Of a DNA stretch of 64,000 nucleotides, positions 17,586 through 26,838 are shown in pieces. Position 1 is the stretch's first letter. Every line of letters starts with the position of its first letter. Below the pieces are notes generated by a model, which worked only from the letters and a program-made list of their open reading frames with translations, searched no databases and had not been told where the DNA came from. Position numbers and translations under genes: made by a program. Origin of the DNA: Ktedonobacterales bacterium (GTDB taxonomy: Bacteria > Chloroflexota > Ktedonobacteria > Ktedonobacterales > DATBGS01); assembly GCA_036557285.1 (NCBI GenBank), contig DATBHW010000007.1, forward strand, positions 17,657 through 81,656. The letters run 5' to 3'.

Positions 17586-18401
17586 TTAGCGTTTGGGCGC
17601 TGACTCCAGGGAGGCCGATTTGAGGGCATCCAACGGATGCGTCCCGTTGCTGACATGTGTCAAAAAGCCCGCAATATCGGTCAGCACAATCGTCGAGTTT
17701 TTCTCGGCGGCAATCTCGGTCAGCGTTTGCAGATAGCGCAGTTGCAGCGCCGCAGGCGCGCTGGAGATTACCTCGGCAGCCTGGGCCAGCGTATTAGCCG
17801 CCATCGCCTCGCCCTGGGCATGGATGACCTTCGCCCGCTTCTCGCGCTCGGCCTCGGCCTGTTTCGCCATCGCCCGCTGCATCGAAGTCGGCAGTTCCAC
17901 ATCCTTGATCTCCACCACCGTCACCTTCACACCCCATTTCTCGGTCTGCTCATCAATGATCGCCTGAAGCTTGCGGTTAATCACCTCGCGCTCGGCCAGA
18001 ATCTCATCCAATTCCGACTGCCCCAGCACATTGCGCAAGGTCGTCTGGGCAATCTGAGCCGTCGCGCGGAAGTAGTCCATCACCTGCACCACTGCCTGGG
18101 CCGGGTCCACCACATAGAAATATACCACCGCCGTCACTTTGATAGTCACGTTATCGCGGGTGATGACTTCCTGCGGCGGCACTTCCAGCGTAATGATGCG
18201 CAGGTCCACGCGGCGTATCCGGCTGATAAACGGCCAGATCCAGAACAGCCCCGGACCTTTCGCCCCCTGGAGGCGGCCCAGGCGGAAAATGACGCCACGC
18301 TCGTACTGCTGCACCACACGCAGTCCTGCCCTGACAAAGATGAGGACAATCAAAACCAGGACACACAAAAGGACAATGAGGGTCACAGTTCCCGAATCCA
18401 T
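17586..18401 (-). CDS. SPFH/Band-7 (stomatin-like) protein
   Basis: N-terminal TM helix, then 'VVQQYERGVIFRLGRL...GPGLFWIWPFI...VDLRI' and a 'QAEAEREKRA' coiled coil. Confidence 0.9.
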   Translation of the reverse strand: MDSGTVTLIVLLCVLVLIVLIFVRAGLRVVQQYERGVIFRLGRLQGAKGPGLFWIWPFISRIRRVDLRIITLEVPPQEVITRDNVTIKVTAVVYFYVVDPAQAVVQVMDYFRATAQIAQTTLRNVLGQSELDEILAEREVINRKLQAIIDEQTEKWGVKVTVVEIKDVELPTSMQRAMAKQAEAEREKRAKVIHAQGEAMAANTLAQAAEVISSAPAALQLRYLQTLTEIAAEKNSTIVLTDIAGFLTHVSNGTHPLDALKSASLESAPKR

Positions 18402-18513
18402 TGAACGTTTCTCCTTCTCCTAAATAATCGGGGATAGGATACTAGAAAGACTTGCAAACTCCTGGCCTGCTACTGTTCAGGTTCATTGACAGACGCTCAG
18501 CCTGGCCCGTCTC

Positions 18514-19938
18514 TCATACAGGTGGAGCGCCCTCAGCTACCTGCGGAATCTGGGTATGAGTTTCGACAGGGGCAACGTAAAGCGTCAGCCCCTTGATCTC
18601 CACCACGCGCACTTTCTGACCAACCTCGATGGGCACATCCGGCGCGGCCAGGTTTTTAGCCGCCCAATCCTCTCCAAGCAGGTTTACCCGACCAGAGGGA
18701 GCCAGGGGGACCGTCACCGTAGCAACCTTGCCGATAAACCCCTCTGTGCCGGTAGTCACGGGCAGACGGCGGGAGCGGATGACACCCACCACCACCACCC
18801 CGGCAATCGCGGCCACCACCACCATCATCACCGCCAGCACCACCGGACTGAGCGCGGGCGCGCCAATATCGCCGCTGTTATCAAAGAAGAGCAGCGACCC
18901 CAGCACCAGCGCAATCAGCGCCCCAACCGTCAGCACTCCATGCGAAGGCAGGCGTACATCCAGAATCAAGAGGATAAAGCCGACCACCACCAGCAGCAAA
19001 CCAGCAAAATTCACCGAGAGCGAACCGGCGGTGAGCAGGAACAGCACCAGGGCAATAGCCCCCACCGTACCAGGGACAATCGCCCCCGGATGCGAAATCT
19101 CCAGATAAATCCCGACGCCCGCCAGAATCAGCAGGATAAAAGCGACGTTGGGGTCCAGCAGGAAGCCCAGCACAGTATCAACAAAGCCAGCCTGGAGAAT
19201 CTGCTGCTCGACGCCCGCCGTATGCAGCGTCACCGTCTGTCCCGAACCCAGCGTCGTCTGCCAGCCATCTATGCCATTGGGGGCCGTGTTGTTCAGCAGG
19301 ACGGAAAGCGTATTCGCCTTGAGGTCAACCAGCCCTTGCTCCACAGCTTGCTCAACCGGATAAGAGGCGGCATCGGTAATCGCCTTCTCAGCCAGCGGGC
19401 GGCATCCTTCGGGATTCTGGCGGCGGTTGCAGAGATCATCAACCTGCGCCTTCAGATCATTCTTGATCTTACTGTTGAGCGGCTCTGGAATTGGGCCGCC
19501 GTTAATATCCACCGGACTGGAAGCGCCAATGCGCGTATTGGGGGCCATTGCCGCGATATTGGCGGCCAGCGTAACAAACAGGCCAGCCGAAGCCGCGCGG
19601 GCGCCCTGCGGCGAAACATAGACCACAACAGGCACAGTAGCAGCCAGTTCTTTCTGCACCATCGCCTTCATCGAATCCAGGTCGCCGCCCGGCGTATCAA
19701 GCTGAATAATCAGCGCCTCCGCGCCGTCGCGCTGCGCGGTGTCCACAGCGTTATCGAGGAGGCGCAGCGAACCAGGGCTGATCTCATCAGCCAGCGTCAG
19801 CACATCCACGTGCGCGCCAGCGGCGGCGGCGCGCCGCGTCTGCACAGCCATCCCGGCCAGCGCAAGCAGAGCAGCACAGCACAAAACAACAAACAATCGC
19901 GGCCAGAAACGGCCTGGAACCACTGGCGCCTGACGCAT
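18514..19938 (-). CDS. NfeD-family membrane-bound ClpP-class serine protease
   Basis: 'IIQLDTPGGDLDSM', 'YVSPQGARAASAGLFV', a central multi-TM block and a C-terminal OB-like 'GRVNLLGEDWAAK...VRVVEIKGLTLYV'. The classic NfeD-stomatin pair. Confidence 0.9.
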   Translation of the reverse strand: MRQAPVVPGRFWPRLFVVLCCAALLALAGMAVQTRRAAAAGAHVDVLTLADEISPGSLRLLDNAVDTAQRDGAEALIIQLDTPGGDLDSMKAMVQKELAATVPVVVYVSPQGARAASAGLFVTLAANIAAMAPNTRIGASSPVDINGGPIPEPLNSKIKNDLKAQVDDLCNRRQNPEGCRPLAEKAITDAASYPVEQAVEQGLVDLKANTLSVLLNNTAPNGIDGWQTTLGSGQTVTLHTAGVEQQILQAGFVDTVLGFLLDPNVAFILLILAGVGIYLEISHPGAIVPGTVGAIALVLFLLTAGSLSVNFAGLLLVVVGFILLILDVRLPSHGVLTVGALIALVLGSLLFFDNSGDIGAPALSPVVLAVMMVVVAAIAGVVVVGVIRSRRLPVTTGTEGFIGKVATVTVPLAPSGRVNLLGEDWAAKNLAAPDVPIEVGQKVRVVEIKGLTLYVAPVETHTQIPQVAEGAPPV

Positions 19939-20006
19939 ACATCTCCTCCGCTGCTTCGCAGGTTTACGCGGGTTGCGCCTGCTTCTTTTTGCTAGTTGCT
20001 ATATCT

Positions 20007-20035
20007 TCTATAACAGTTTGCAATCCAAAAGTCAA
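20007..20035 (-). promoter_or_regulatory. Candidate promoter TTGACT-N17-TATAGA for the nfeD-stomatin operon
   Basis: Read on the minus strand, about 69 nt upstream of the nfeD start. Confidence 0.4.
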
Positions 20036-20174
20036 GGGGGCCAGGCCCGTTTTTCCACCTTCTTGCTGGCACTGGCCGCTTCATCCCGGTATTGTCCTTG
20101 ACAGCATCGCACAAACTGGGGAACCTGTCCAACATAGCAGCGTGTTCGACACAGGAAGAGACCTGTCTCTCACG

Positions 20175-20732
20175 TTACAAACGCCAGTAGACGCCAGCCT
20201 TGCGCTGCATCAGCTGGTTGCCAATCAACTCACGGCGCAGCGTCGCCGTATCAGGATGATGGCGCTGAATGATCTCGTTGACCTCTGCCTCTGTATAGGA
20301 GCGGTCAGGCGCAAACTGCGCGGCCAACCATCTGAGAATGACAAGGCGTTTCTTCAGGCTGGACGGAATCTCCTTGAGGCGCGCTCCCTCAAAGAAATCG
20401 CGCAGCACCTTACGCTCCCAGGCGTCTCCATCCTTCATCTCAACCAGCGTAGCGACTTTCTCAGGCGTCAGCAGTTCCTTGTTTAAGGCGCGCAGGCCCG
20501 CAGCGTTCAGCCGGTACATATGTGTGTTTCCCTCGGCCTTCATCTCCACCAGGCTCAGTTCCTTCAGTTTCATCAGGTGATGCGAAACCGTTGGCGCTTT
20601 GAGATGCAGCAGTTCAGCCAATTCCTCGACACTGCACACCCGATTCGCCAGAATGCCCAGCATCCTCAACCGGTGCTCATCGGCCAGCGCCTTAAAAAAT
20701 TGCAGCAGCGTTTGCAGTTGTTCTTCAGGCAT
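20175..20732 (-). CDS. ArsR/SmtB-family transcriptional regulator with a C-terminal DUF2087-like domain
   Basis: 'FKALADEHRLRMLGILA...CSVEELAELLHLKAPTVSHHLMKLKELSLV' winged HTH. The start was moved to the ATG at 20732 because AAAGGAG lies 9 nt upstream of it and abuts the GTG at 20741. Confidence 0.85.
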   Translation of the reverse strand: MPEEQLQTLLQFFKALADEHRLRMLGILANRVCSVEELAELLHLKAPTVSHHLMKLKELSLVEMKAEGNTHMYRLNAAGLRALNKELLTPEKVATLVEMKDGDAWERKVLRDFFEGARLKEIPSSLKKRLVILRWLAAQFAPDRSYTEAEVNEIIQRHHPDTATLRRELIGNQLMQRKAGVYWRL

Positions 20733-20750
20733 AACGCCCACCTCCTTTGA

Positions 20751-20795
20751 CGCATATCTAATTAGATTTATATCTAATTAGATATGCGATGTCAA
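20751..20795 (-). promoter_or_regulatory. ArsR-family promoter TTGACA-N17-TATAAA with an embedded operator: two TCTAATTAGA palindromes forming a 17-4-17 perfect inverted repeat
   Basis: CGCATATCTAATTAGAT-ttat-ATCTAATTAGATATGCG (20751-20788). The -10 (20767-20772) sits at the dyad centre and the -35 is at 20790-20795. Confidence 0.65.
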
Positions 20796-20818
20796 GTCCA
20801 GGGGCTGATACAATAGGC

Positions 20819-20848
20819 TTGTAAGAGCAGAGGCCAGGGCGATATACT
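20819..20848 (+). promoter_or_regulatory. Candidate divergent promoter TTGTAA-N18-TATACT for leuB
   Basis: Hexamers were read directly. It lies about 100 nt upstream of the leuB ATG. Confidence 0.3.
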
Positions 20849-20949
20849 CAAGCGAGCCAATCATCGAACTCTGGCCTGGAGGAGCAAGCCGTTTCTATTG
20901 CAAGATCAGCCCTTCAGACTCCATTACATGTAAAAGGATACAAAGCAGT

Positions 20950-22044
20950 ATGGGAACCTATCACATTGCTGTGCTGGGTGGTGACGGCATTGGGCCGGAA
21001 GTGACCGCCGAGGCAGTGCGCGTGCTGCGCGCCGTGGGGCAGCGTTTCGGCCACACCTTTGAGCTAACCGAGGCGCTCTGTGGGGCGCGAGCAGTTGAGC
21101 AGGAGGGCGCGGCTATCTCTGAGCAGACTATGGCCCTGTGCCAGCGCAGCGACGCCATCCTCTTTGGCGCGGTGGGCGGCACAAAGCCCGGCGACCCCAG
21201 TTCGCCCAAACAGCCGGAAAACGCGCTCTTTCGCCTGCGCAAAGAATGCGATCTCTACGCCAATCTGCGCCCCGTCACGATGCGCCCAGGGCTGTTGGAC
21301 GCCTCGACCATCAAGCCCGACGTGCTGGAAGGCGTAGACCTCATCGTGGTGCGCGAACTCACCGGCGGCCTCTACTTTGGCAAGCCGAGCGAAATCCGCG
21401 AAGGCCCAGCGGGCGCCGAAGCCATAGACACGCTCTTCTATACAGAGCAAGAGATCGAGCGCGCCGTTCGCATGGCTTTTCATCTGGCGCGCGACCGGCG
21501 CAAAGCGGTTACATCGGTGGATAAAGCCAACGTCCTCAGCGCCTCGCGGCTCTGGCGGCGCGTGGCAGATCGCGTAGCTGCCGACTATCCCGACATCACC
21601 CTCAATCACCTGCTGGTGGATGCCTGCGCCATGAACCTTATCAGCCAGCCGAAAAACTTTGATGTCCTCGTCATGGAAAACATGTTTGGCGACATCCTCA
21701 CCGATGAAGCCTCGATGCTGGTTGGCTCGCTGGGCATGCTCCCATCCGCCAGCCTGGGCACGCGCCAGACAGCCCACGGCGTCTTTGGCCTGTACGAACC
21801 CATTCATGGGACCGCGCCGCAGATCACCGGGCAGGGCATTGCCAACCCGCTGGGCGCCATCCTGAGCATGGCGCTGCTGCTGCGCTACTCCTGTGGGCTG
21901 CCCCAAGAAGCCAGCGCCGTTGAGGAGGCTGTTGACGCTGCGCTGGGTTCAGGCTATCACACGGCTGACCTGCGCGGCGATCCGGCAAAAACTGTTGGTT
22001 CGCGGCGCATGGGCGAACTCATCGCCGAAAAGATCGTCGGATAA
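20950..22044 (+). CDS. leuB: 3-isopropylmalate dehydrogenase
   Basis: 'IAVLGGDGIGPEV', 'LFGAVGG', 'NLRP', 'VRELTGGLYFG', 'NMFGDILTDEASML.GSLGMLPSAS', 'YEPIHGTAP'. Confidence 0.95.
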   Translation: MGTYHIAVLGGDGIGPEVTAEAVRVLRAVGQRFGHTFELTEALCGARAVEQEGAAISEQTMALCQRSDAILFGAVGGTKPGDPSSPKQPENALFRLRKECDLYANLRPVTMRPGLLDASTIKPDVLEGVDLIVVRELTGGLYFGKPSEIREGPAGAEAIDTLFYTEQEIERAVRMAFHLARDRRKAVTSVDKANVLSASRLWRRVADRVAADYPDITLNHLLVDACAMNLISQPKNFDVLVMENMFGDILTDEASMLVGSLGMLPSASLGTRQTAHGVFGLYEPIHGTAPQITGQGIANPLGAILSMALLLRYSCGLPQEASAVEEAVDAALGSGYHTADLRGDPAKTVGSRRMGELIAEKIVG

Positions 22045-22077
22045 AAAAACCGGCTGGCGGTTCTATCCGCCAGCCGC
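22043..22077 (-). terminator. Rho-independent terminator for the minus-strand chemosensory operon (10-bp GC stem, 6-nt loop, T7 tract on the minus strand)
   Basis: The minus strand reads CGGCTGGCGG-atagaa-CCGCCAGCCG-GTTTTTTTA, immediately after the TAG of the 65-aa ORF. The same hairpin abuts the leuB stop. Confidence 0.75.
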
Positions 22078-22274
22078 TAACCCATTTTTGCTTTGGGAGA
22101 TGGCCCCATCGCTTTCAGCCTGGCTCGCAGTTCCGCCAGGCGCTCATTCGCCGCTTCCTCGGCATCTTTTTTCCCTTCTGCGGGCGAGCGGGCTTGCTCC
22201 AGTCGGCGCAGTTCCTCCAGCAGCAGCCGACGATGCACATCCCAACGAATGATCGCGCGTTCTCTCCCCATCAT
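22077..22274 (-). CDS. Small charged coiled-coil protein (65 aa), last gene of the chemosensory operon
   Basis: Starts 14 nt after the cheA-like stop and ends at the terminator. Arg/Glu/Leu-rich helix. No homology recognised. Confidence 0.35.
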   Translation of the reverse strand: MMGRERAIIRWDVHRRLLLEELRRLEQARSPAEGKKDAEEAANERLAELRARLKAMGPSPKAKMG

Positions 22275-22288
22275 TACCGCGTACCCTG

Positions 22289-25200
22289 CTAGTTTGTTGC
22301 TTGCGCGCCGCGCACCAGCGTGCCAAGGGTGTTAATCAATTCCTCATCCTGGTAGGGCTTGACCAGATAGGCATCAGCGCCAAGCTGCATCGCGCGCTGA
22401 TGATGTTTGCCAGCCGCGCGCGACGTAAGCACAATCAGCGGCAGATGCTTATATTGGTCCTGGCTGCGCAGGGTGGCAATCAGTTCGTAGCCATCCATAC
22501 GCGGCATCTCAATATCCAGCAGCACCGCAGCAGGTCTGCGCTTCCCAGCGACATCCAATGCCTCGATGCCATCACGCGCCGTCTGCACATCCCAGCCCGC
22601 CGTCTTCAGCATATTACTGACGACACGCCGCACGCTGGGGCTGTCATCCACCACCAGCACATACTGATCTTCCATCCGCACCGGTGGAGGCATGGTTTGC
22701 CCGCGCCCCACCGTCGGCAGCGATGAAGTCCAGGTAGGAGCCAGCAGCCGTGTTGGCGCCGTGATCGCCGAGATCGAGGTAGCTGTCGAAACCCCAGGAA
22801 CCGCAGCCAGGGAAGCGCCTGTCGTTTGCGCTCGCTGCTCCAGCAGTTTCAGCACATCCAGAATGAGGACCACCTGCCCATTGCCCAGCACCGTTGCGCC
22901 AGCCACACCGCGCACTTCACGCAGATGCAGCCCCAGGTTCTTCGCCACAATCTCTTGCTTGCCCAGCACGCTGTCTACCACCAGGGCGTAGTGCTGGCGG
23001 CCAGCCGCCACCAGCAAGACCGAAGAGCGGTCCTCGATCCTCTGTGCTTGCAGCCCCAGCAAAGAAGCCAGCGGCGCCAGCGCATAGGCTTCGCCGCGCA
23101 CCGTGATGGCCGGAACTCCCAGAACGTTTGTGCGCTCGGCATAATCCAGACGCCCAATTTGTTCCACCAGCGACATAGGAATAGCGTAGGTTTGATCGGC
23201 GACACGGGCCAGCACCGCGCGCTGAATCTGGACGCTGATGGGGAACTTCAAGGTAAAGGCGCTGCCATTGCCAGGCGTTGATTCCACCTCCACCGAGCCA
23301 CGCAGGCGCGCCGCCACATCAGCCACTACGTCCAGCCCGACTCCGCGTCCGCTCTCCTCGGTAATCGAATCAGCGGTGCTAAAGCCAGGCCGGAAGATCA
23401 GATTCAGAACCGCCTGCTCGGAGAGCGGCGCGCGCGCGTCCAACAGCCCGCGCGAGATAGCCGTATTGCGCACCTTCTCGGCATCAATACCCGTCCCATC
23501 ATCACGCACGGTGACGACGATCTGGTTGCCCTCATGGCTGGCGCTCAGGGTAATTTGTCCGGCGCGCGGTTTGCCGCTCGCCTCGCGCGCTTCAGGCAAC
23601 TCAATCGCATGCGTCACCGCATTGCGCACCACATGCAGCAGCGCCCCGGCCATCTCCTCATAAATCGTGCGATCAACCTCAGTTTCCTCCCCCTCCACCG
23701 CCAGATCGATCTCTTTCCCCAAACGCAGCGCAACCGCGCTCGCGGCGCGATGCAGGCGTGGAATCATCGTTGAGATAGGGACCAGCCGCACCTTGAGCAG
23801 TTGATCCTGGAAGGACGAACTCAGGCGCGTCTCCTTGAGAAACAGGCTTTCACACTCTCGAATGATCGCCTCCATCTCCATACTCAGCGTTGCCATATCC
23901 GAGACGCCCTCGCTCAAGCCACGAGTCAGCCGGTGAAACTCGCTGTAGCGGTCCAGTTCCAGTTCGTCGAAATCAGCCAGATGCGTCGCAACCTTGCCCG
24001 CATTCCCACCAAGCGCGCCCGAAGGCAATCCTATTCCACGCCCACGCGAGGAAGCGCCCTGCTCCAGCGGCCCGCTGGCGCTCCCGGCAATACTGGTGCT
24101 CTCCAGAATAGCCGACTGGCCGATGCGCCCGCTCGGCAAGGTAACGGCCTCAAAACGGCTCTCAAGATTTGTCCCCACTTCTTGCAGACGAGCACTGCTG
24201 AGACCAACATCTGAAACCATGCGCATCATCCGGCTCAGCCGCTCCTCCAAAACACTGCGGTTGACCAGCAGTTCGCCAAACAGATCAACCAACTCATCCA
24301 GTTTCTTCAGGCGGATACGCACACTCAGGTCACTTTTATCCGCTGCTTCCCCGTGTGTCGCCAGGGCCACCAACAGGCCAGCCTGGTGTTCGCCCTGGTC
24401 CGTGGAGGGCGCCTGCCCAGCGACAGCCTCAGACTCCAGGTCAGCCAGCGTCGTCTCAGTTCCTGCGGGAGCCGAAACAGGACCGACATCCGCCACGCTC
24501 TCCTGCCCCAGCAGCGAGTGATAGCGCGGGCGCAGCGACTCAACCACAGCGGCATCGCCCCCCTGTTTGCTCGTTCGCCCCGTCACCAGCAGTTCCAGCG
24601 CCTCGGATGTATCCAGAATCAGGCTAAGCGCATCGGTATTGATTTCGATGCTCCCCTCCATCATCCGATCCAGCAAATCCTCAAAGACATGGGCCAGATC
24701 AGCGATATGGACAAAGCCCATCATCGCCGCTGCCCCCTTCAGCGTATGTGTCGCCCGCCGGATGCCTTGAAGCGTTTCCCGATCCTCAGGAGACCGTTGC
24801 AGCGCCGTGACGCCGGTATCAATATTCTGGAGATGTTCTTCGGCTTCAGCCCGGAAGACTTCCAGCGTCTCCTCCGATTGCTCAGTGGCGCGCACCGTCC
24901 TTTTCTGCTCTAGAACCACCGGCTGAGGGATATTCGCCAGCAGCGACGGAGAGAAAACATACGCGGCAGGGCGTTCAGACGGCGGCGCCACCGTATTGCG
25001 TTGGATTTCCGCCAGGAACTGCTGGCGCACCTGCACCTCAAGCTCTGCGCGGATGCGGTTAGTCTCCTCCTGGCGCACCTGCTCCACAATCTCCGCGCGC
25101 ATCCTCGACTCGACCTCCGCGCGCAACTGCGCGCGTAATTCCCCGGTCAGAGAAGCAGAGAGTTCTGGCTTGGCCGACGCTGGCGGAGACCAGCTAAAGC

Positions 25201-26737
25201 GCGCCACCGTCGCGCTGAAACCGCCTTCCTCGTTTGGCGCGGCCATCGCCAGGATTGATGAAATAAGTGGGCCGCACGCGCGCATAGATTCGGCCAACCG
25301 CGCGCTGGCTGCGCCCAGTTCGTTATCGGTGGCGGCCAGGCCGCTGGATGCGTCTTTCAGCAAGCCCAGCACCTTCTTGAGCCGGGTGGTTACTACCCAC
25401 AGGACCGAGAGCGGCAGATAGCGGCGCACATGGTCCGGGCTTTGGCGCAGGTTCAACCCCATCGCCCTGCCAGCCCAATCCTCCACCCGATCAATCGCGT
25501 CCTTCGATCCATCAAGGAACCCGCGCAATTCCGCGCGCTCACCTTCTATCGAAGCCGCCACCGCACGCAGGGCTGCCAATGTCTCTTTAAGGGCGCCAAC
25601 CTCCTGGCGCACCCGCTCTTCCTGTTCTACCAACTGCTGCCAGGTTGTCTTGCCCGCGCTCGTATCAGCGACTTGCGGGGAAGGGGAAGCCGGGAAGGCT
25701 CTCGGAAGCGGGCCAGTTATTGGCTCCTGGCCGGGCGCATCGAGCGGCTGGCTGATCGAAGCCATTCGCTCGCGCCCGATGAGCGCCGCCCAGGTTGATT
25801 CGCCGGACGCGGCGGCGTCGGGGAAAGCCGGGAATGAAGCGCCTGCCTCTGTGGCGGCGTGCGGCTGTTCGGGCCACTCGCCGTCGGTTGGCGCTTGAAA
25901 CGCCGCCAGCATCTCCGCAAGCGAGGGCTGCTGCTCAGCCCCTGGCGTGGCAGGCGCAGGCTCATAACGAAATGAAGCCGATGCCGCCTCTTCAGAAGCA
26001 GCACTGGCGGCAGGCTCAGCAGGCATCCCTCGCGCCAAAGGCCGGGTAATATGCTCGCGGAAGTCTACATCCCCGGCGCCCCCGGCGGGCGCTTCAGCAG
26101 AGGACAGCGCCGCCGCTCCTCCAGTCGAGGCCGCGCCAGCGGAGTTGCCCAGCAGCGCCAGCCAATCCGCCGGTCCTGACGACTCAGCGGGCTGTTCTGT
26201 AGGCTGCTCATCAGGGGACAGCCATGCTTCCGCAGCGCCCCCTCCCTGGCCGTAGTGTCTGGAGCCAGCAGGCTGAGTCGGTGCAGCGGGCGGCTCGAAT
26301 TCGACATCCTGCGAACCATTCGCTTCCCCTGCCCGCGCCGCACGCATCTGACGAAACGAGGCATGATCGGCGGCATCCTCAGCCACAAAACGTCCTTCCT
26401 CACCTGTGCCACCCTTAATAGACTCCAGCAGCAGGCGCGCGCGTTCCAGCGAGCGGCGCAGCAACTCAATCGCCGATCCATCAAGCCGGAACACTTCATC
26501 GAGCGCGTCCCCTAACACATCCTCCATCGCGTGCGCGACCTGAGAAAGCCCAGGAAAATCCATCATCGAGGCAGACCCGCTGATGGTATGCGTGCGCCGA
26601 TAGGCTTCTTCCAGGGCTTCGCTATCTTCGGGCGCCTGCTCTAGCCGATTCAGGTTCGCCTCAATTTCGGGTAGATAGCTGCCCACCTCGTCGAGAAAAC
26701 TATCAAGAATCGCAAATTTATCGAACGAACTGGACAT
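22289..26737 (-). CDS. cheA: Hybrid CheA-like histidine kinase: Hpt - long low-complexity linker - Hpt - dimerisation/HATPase - CheW domain - receiver (ChpA/PixL/FrzE-like)
   Basis: Hpt1 'YRRTHTISGSASMMDF', Hpt2 'IRRATHTLKGAAAMMGF', 'LLHVVRNAVTHAIE', 'VRDDGTGID', 'GRGVGLDVV', CheW-like 'YAIPMSLVEQI', and C-terminal REC 'VLVVDDSPSVRR...LLDIEMPRMDGYEL...LTSRA...AYLVKP'. Confidence 0.9.
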   Translation of the reverse strand: MSSSFDKFAILDSFLDEVGSYLPEIEANLNRLEQAPEDSEALEEAYRRTHTISGSASMMDFPGLSQVAHAMEDVLGDALDEVFRLDGSAIELLRRSLERARLLLESIKGGTGEEGRFVAEDAADHASFRQMRAARAGEANGSQDVEFEPPAAPTQPAGSRHYGQGGGAAEAWLSPDEQPTEQPAESSGPADWLALLGNSAGAASTGGAAALSSAEAPAGGAGDVDFREHITRPLARGMPAEPAASAASEEAASASFRYEPAPATPGAEQQPSLAEMLAAFQAPTDGEWPEQPHAATEAGASFPAFPDAAASGESTWAALIGRERMASISQPLDAPGQEPITGPLPRAFPASPSPQVADTSAGKTTWQQLVEQEERVRQEVGALKETLAALRAVAASIEGERAELRGFLDGSKDAIDRVEDWAGRAMGLNLRQSPDHVRRYLPLSVLWVVTTRLKKVLGLLKDASSGLAATDNELGAASARLAESMRACGPLISSILAMAAPNEEGGFSATVARFSWSPPASAKPELSASLTGELRAQLRAEVESRMRAEIVEQVRQEETNRIRAELEVQVRQQFLAEIQRNTVAPPSERPAAYVFSPSLLANIPQPVVLEQKRTVRATEQSEETLEVFRAEAEEHLQNIDTGVTALQRSPEDRETLQGIRRATHTLKGAAAMMGFVHIADLAHVFEDLLDRMMEGSIEINTDALSLILDTSEALELLVTGRTSKQGGDAAVVESLRPRYHSLLGQESVADVGPVSAPAGTETTLADLESEAVAGQAPSTDQGEHQAGLLVALATHGEAADKSDLSVRIRLKKLDELVDLFGELLVNRSVLEERLSRMMRMVSDVGLSSARLQEVGTNLESRFEAVTLPSGRIGQSAILESTSIAGSASGPLEQGASSRGRGIGLPSGALGGNAGKVATHLADFDELELDRYSEFHRLTRGLSEGVSDMATLSMEMEAIIRECESLFLKETRLSSSFQDQLLKVRLVPISTMIPRLHRAASAVALRLGKEIDLAVEGEETEVDRTIYEEMAGALLHVVRNAVTHAIELPEAREASGKPRAGQITLSASHEGNQIVVTVRDDGTGIDAEKVRNTAISRGLLDARAPLSEQAVLNLIFRPGFSTADSITEESGRGVGLDVVADVAARLRGSVEVESTPGNGSAFTLKFPISVQIQRAVLARVADQTYAIPMSLVEQIGRLDYAERTNVLGVPAITVRGEAYALAPLASLLGLQAQRIEDRSSVLLVAAGRQHYALVVDSVLGKQEIVAKNLGLHLREVRGVAGATVLGNGQVVLILDVLKLLEQRAQTTGASLAAVPGVSTATSISAITAPTRLLAPTWTSSLPTVGRGQTMPPPVRMEDQYVLVVDDSPSVRRVVSNMLKTAGWDVQTARDGIEALDVAGKRRPAAVLLDIEMPRMDGYELIATLRSQDQYKHLPLIVLTSRAAGKHHQRAMQLGADAYLVKPYQDEELINTLGTLVRGAQATN

Positions 26738-26838
26738 GCTTCATACACCACCATTCTGGCTAGAAGTCTCAAGGCCAAGAACCCAGCCCCTGCTGCTTTC
26801 TCTCCCCCAAGAACCGCGAGCTTGAGACCTGAACGCTC

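Noticed and set aside
18556-19995. 479-aa His/Arg/Gln-rich plus-strand ORF
   Set aside because: It is the antisense shadow of the NfeD protease gene, has no motifs, and has extreme composition.
20849-20949. T-box or leader-peptide attenuator upstream of leuB
   Set aside because: There is no Leu-rich mini-ORF with a start codon, no T-box conserved sequence and no terminator/antiterminator pair.
21064-21906. 280-aa minus-strand ORF
   Set aside because: It is antisense to leuB.
22043-22077. The hairpin after leuB as a leuB (plus-strand) terminator
   Set aside because: The U-tract is on the minus strand only. On the plus strand the stem is preceded by the A-run rather than followed by one. It may still pause plus-strand transcription, but it is primarily the terminator of the che operon.
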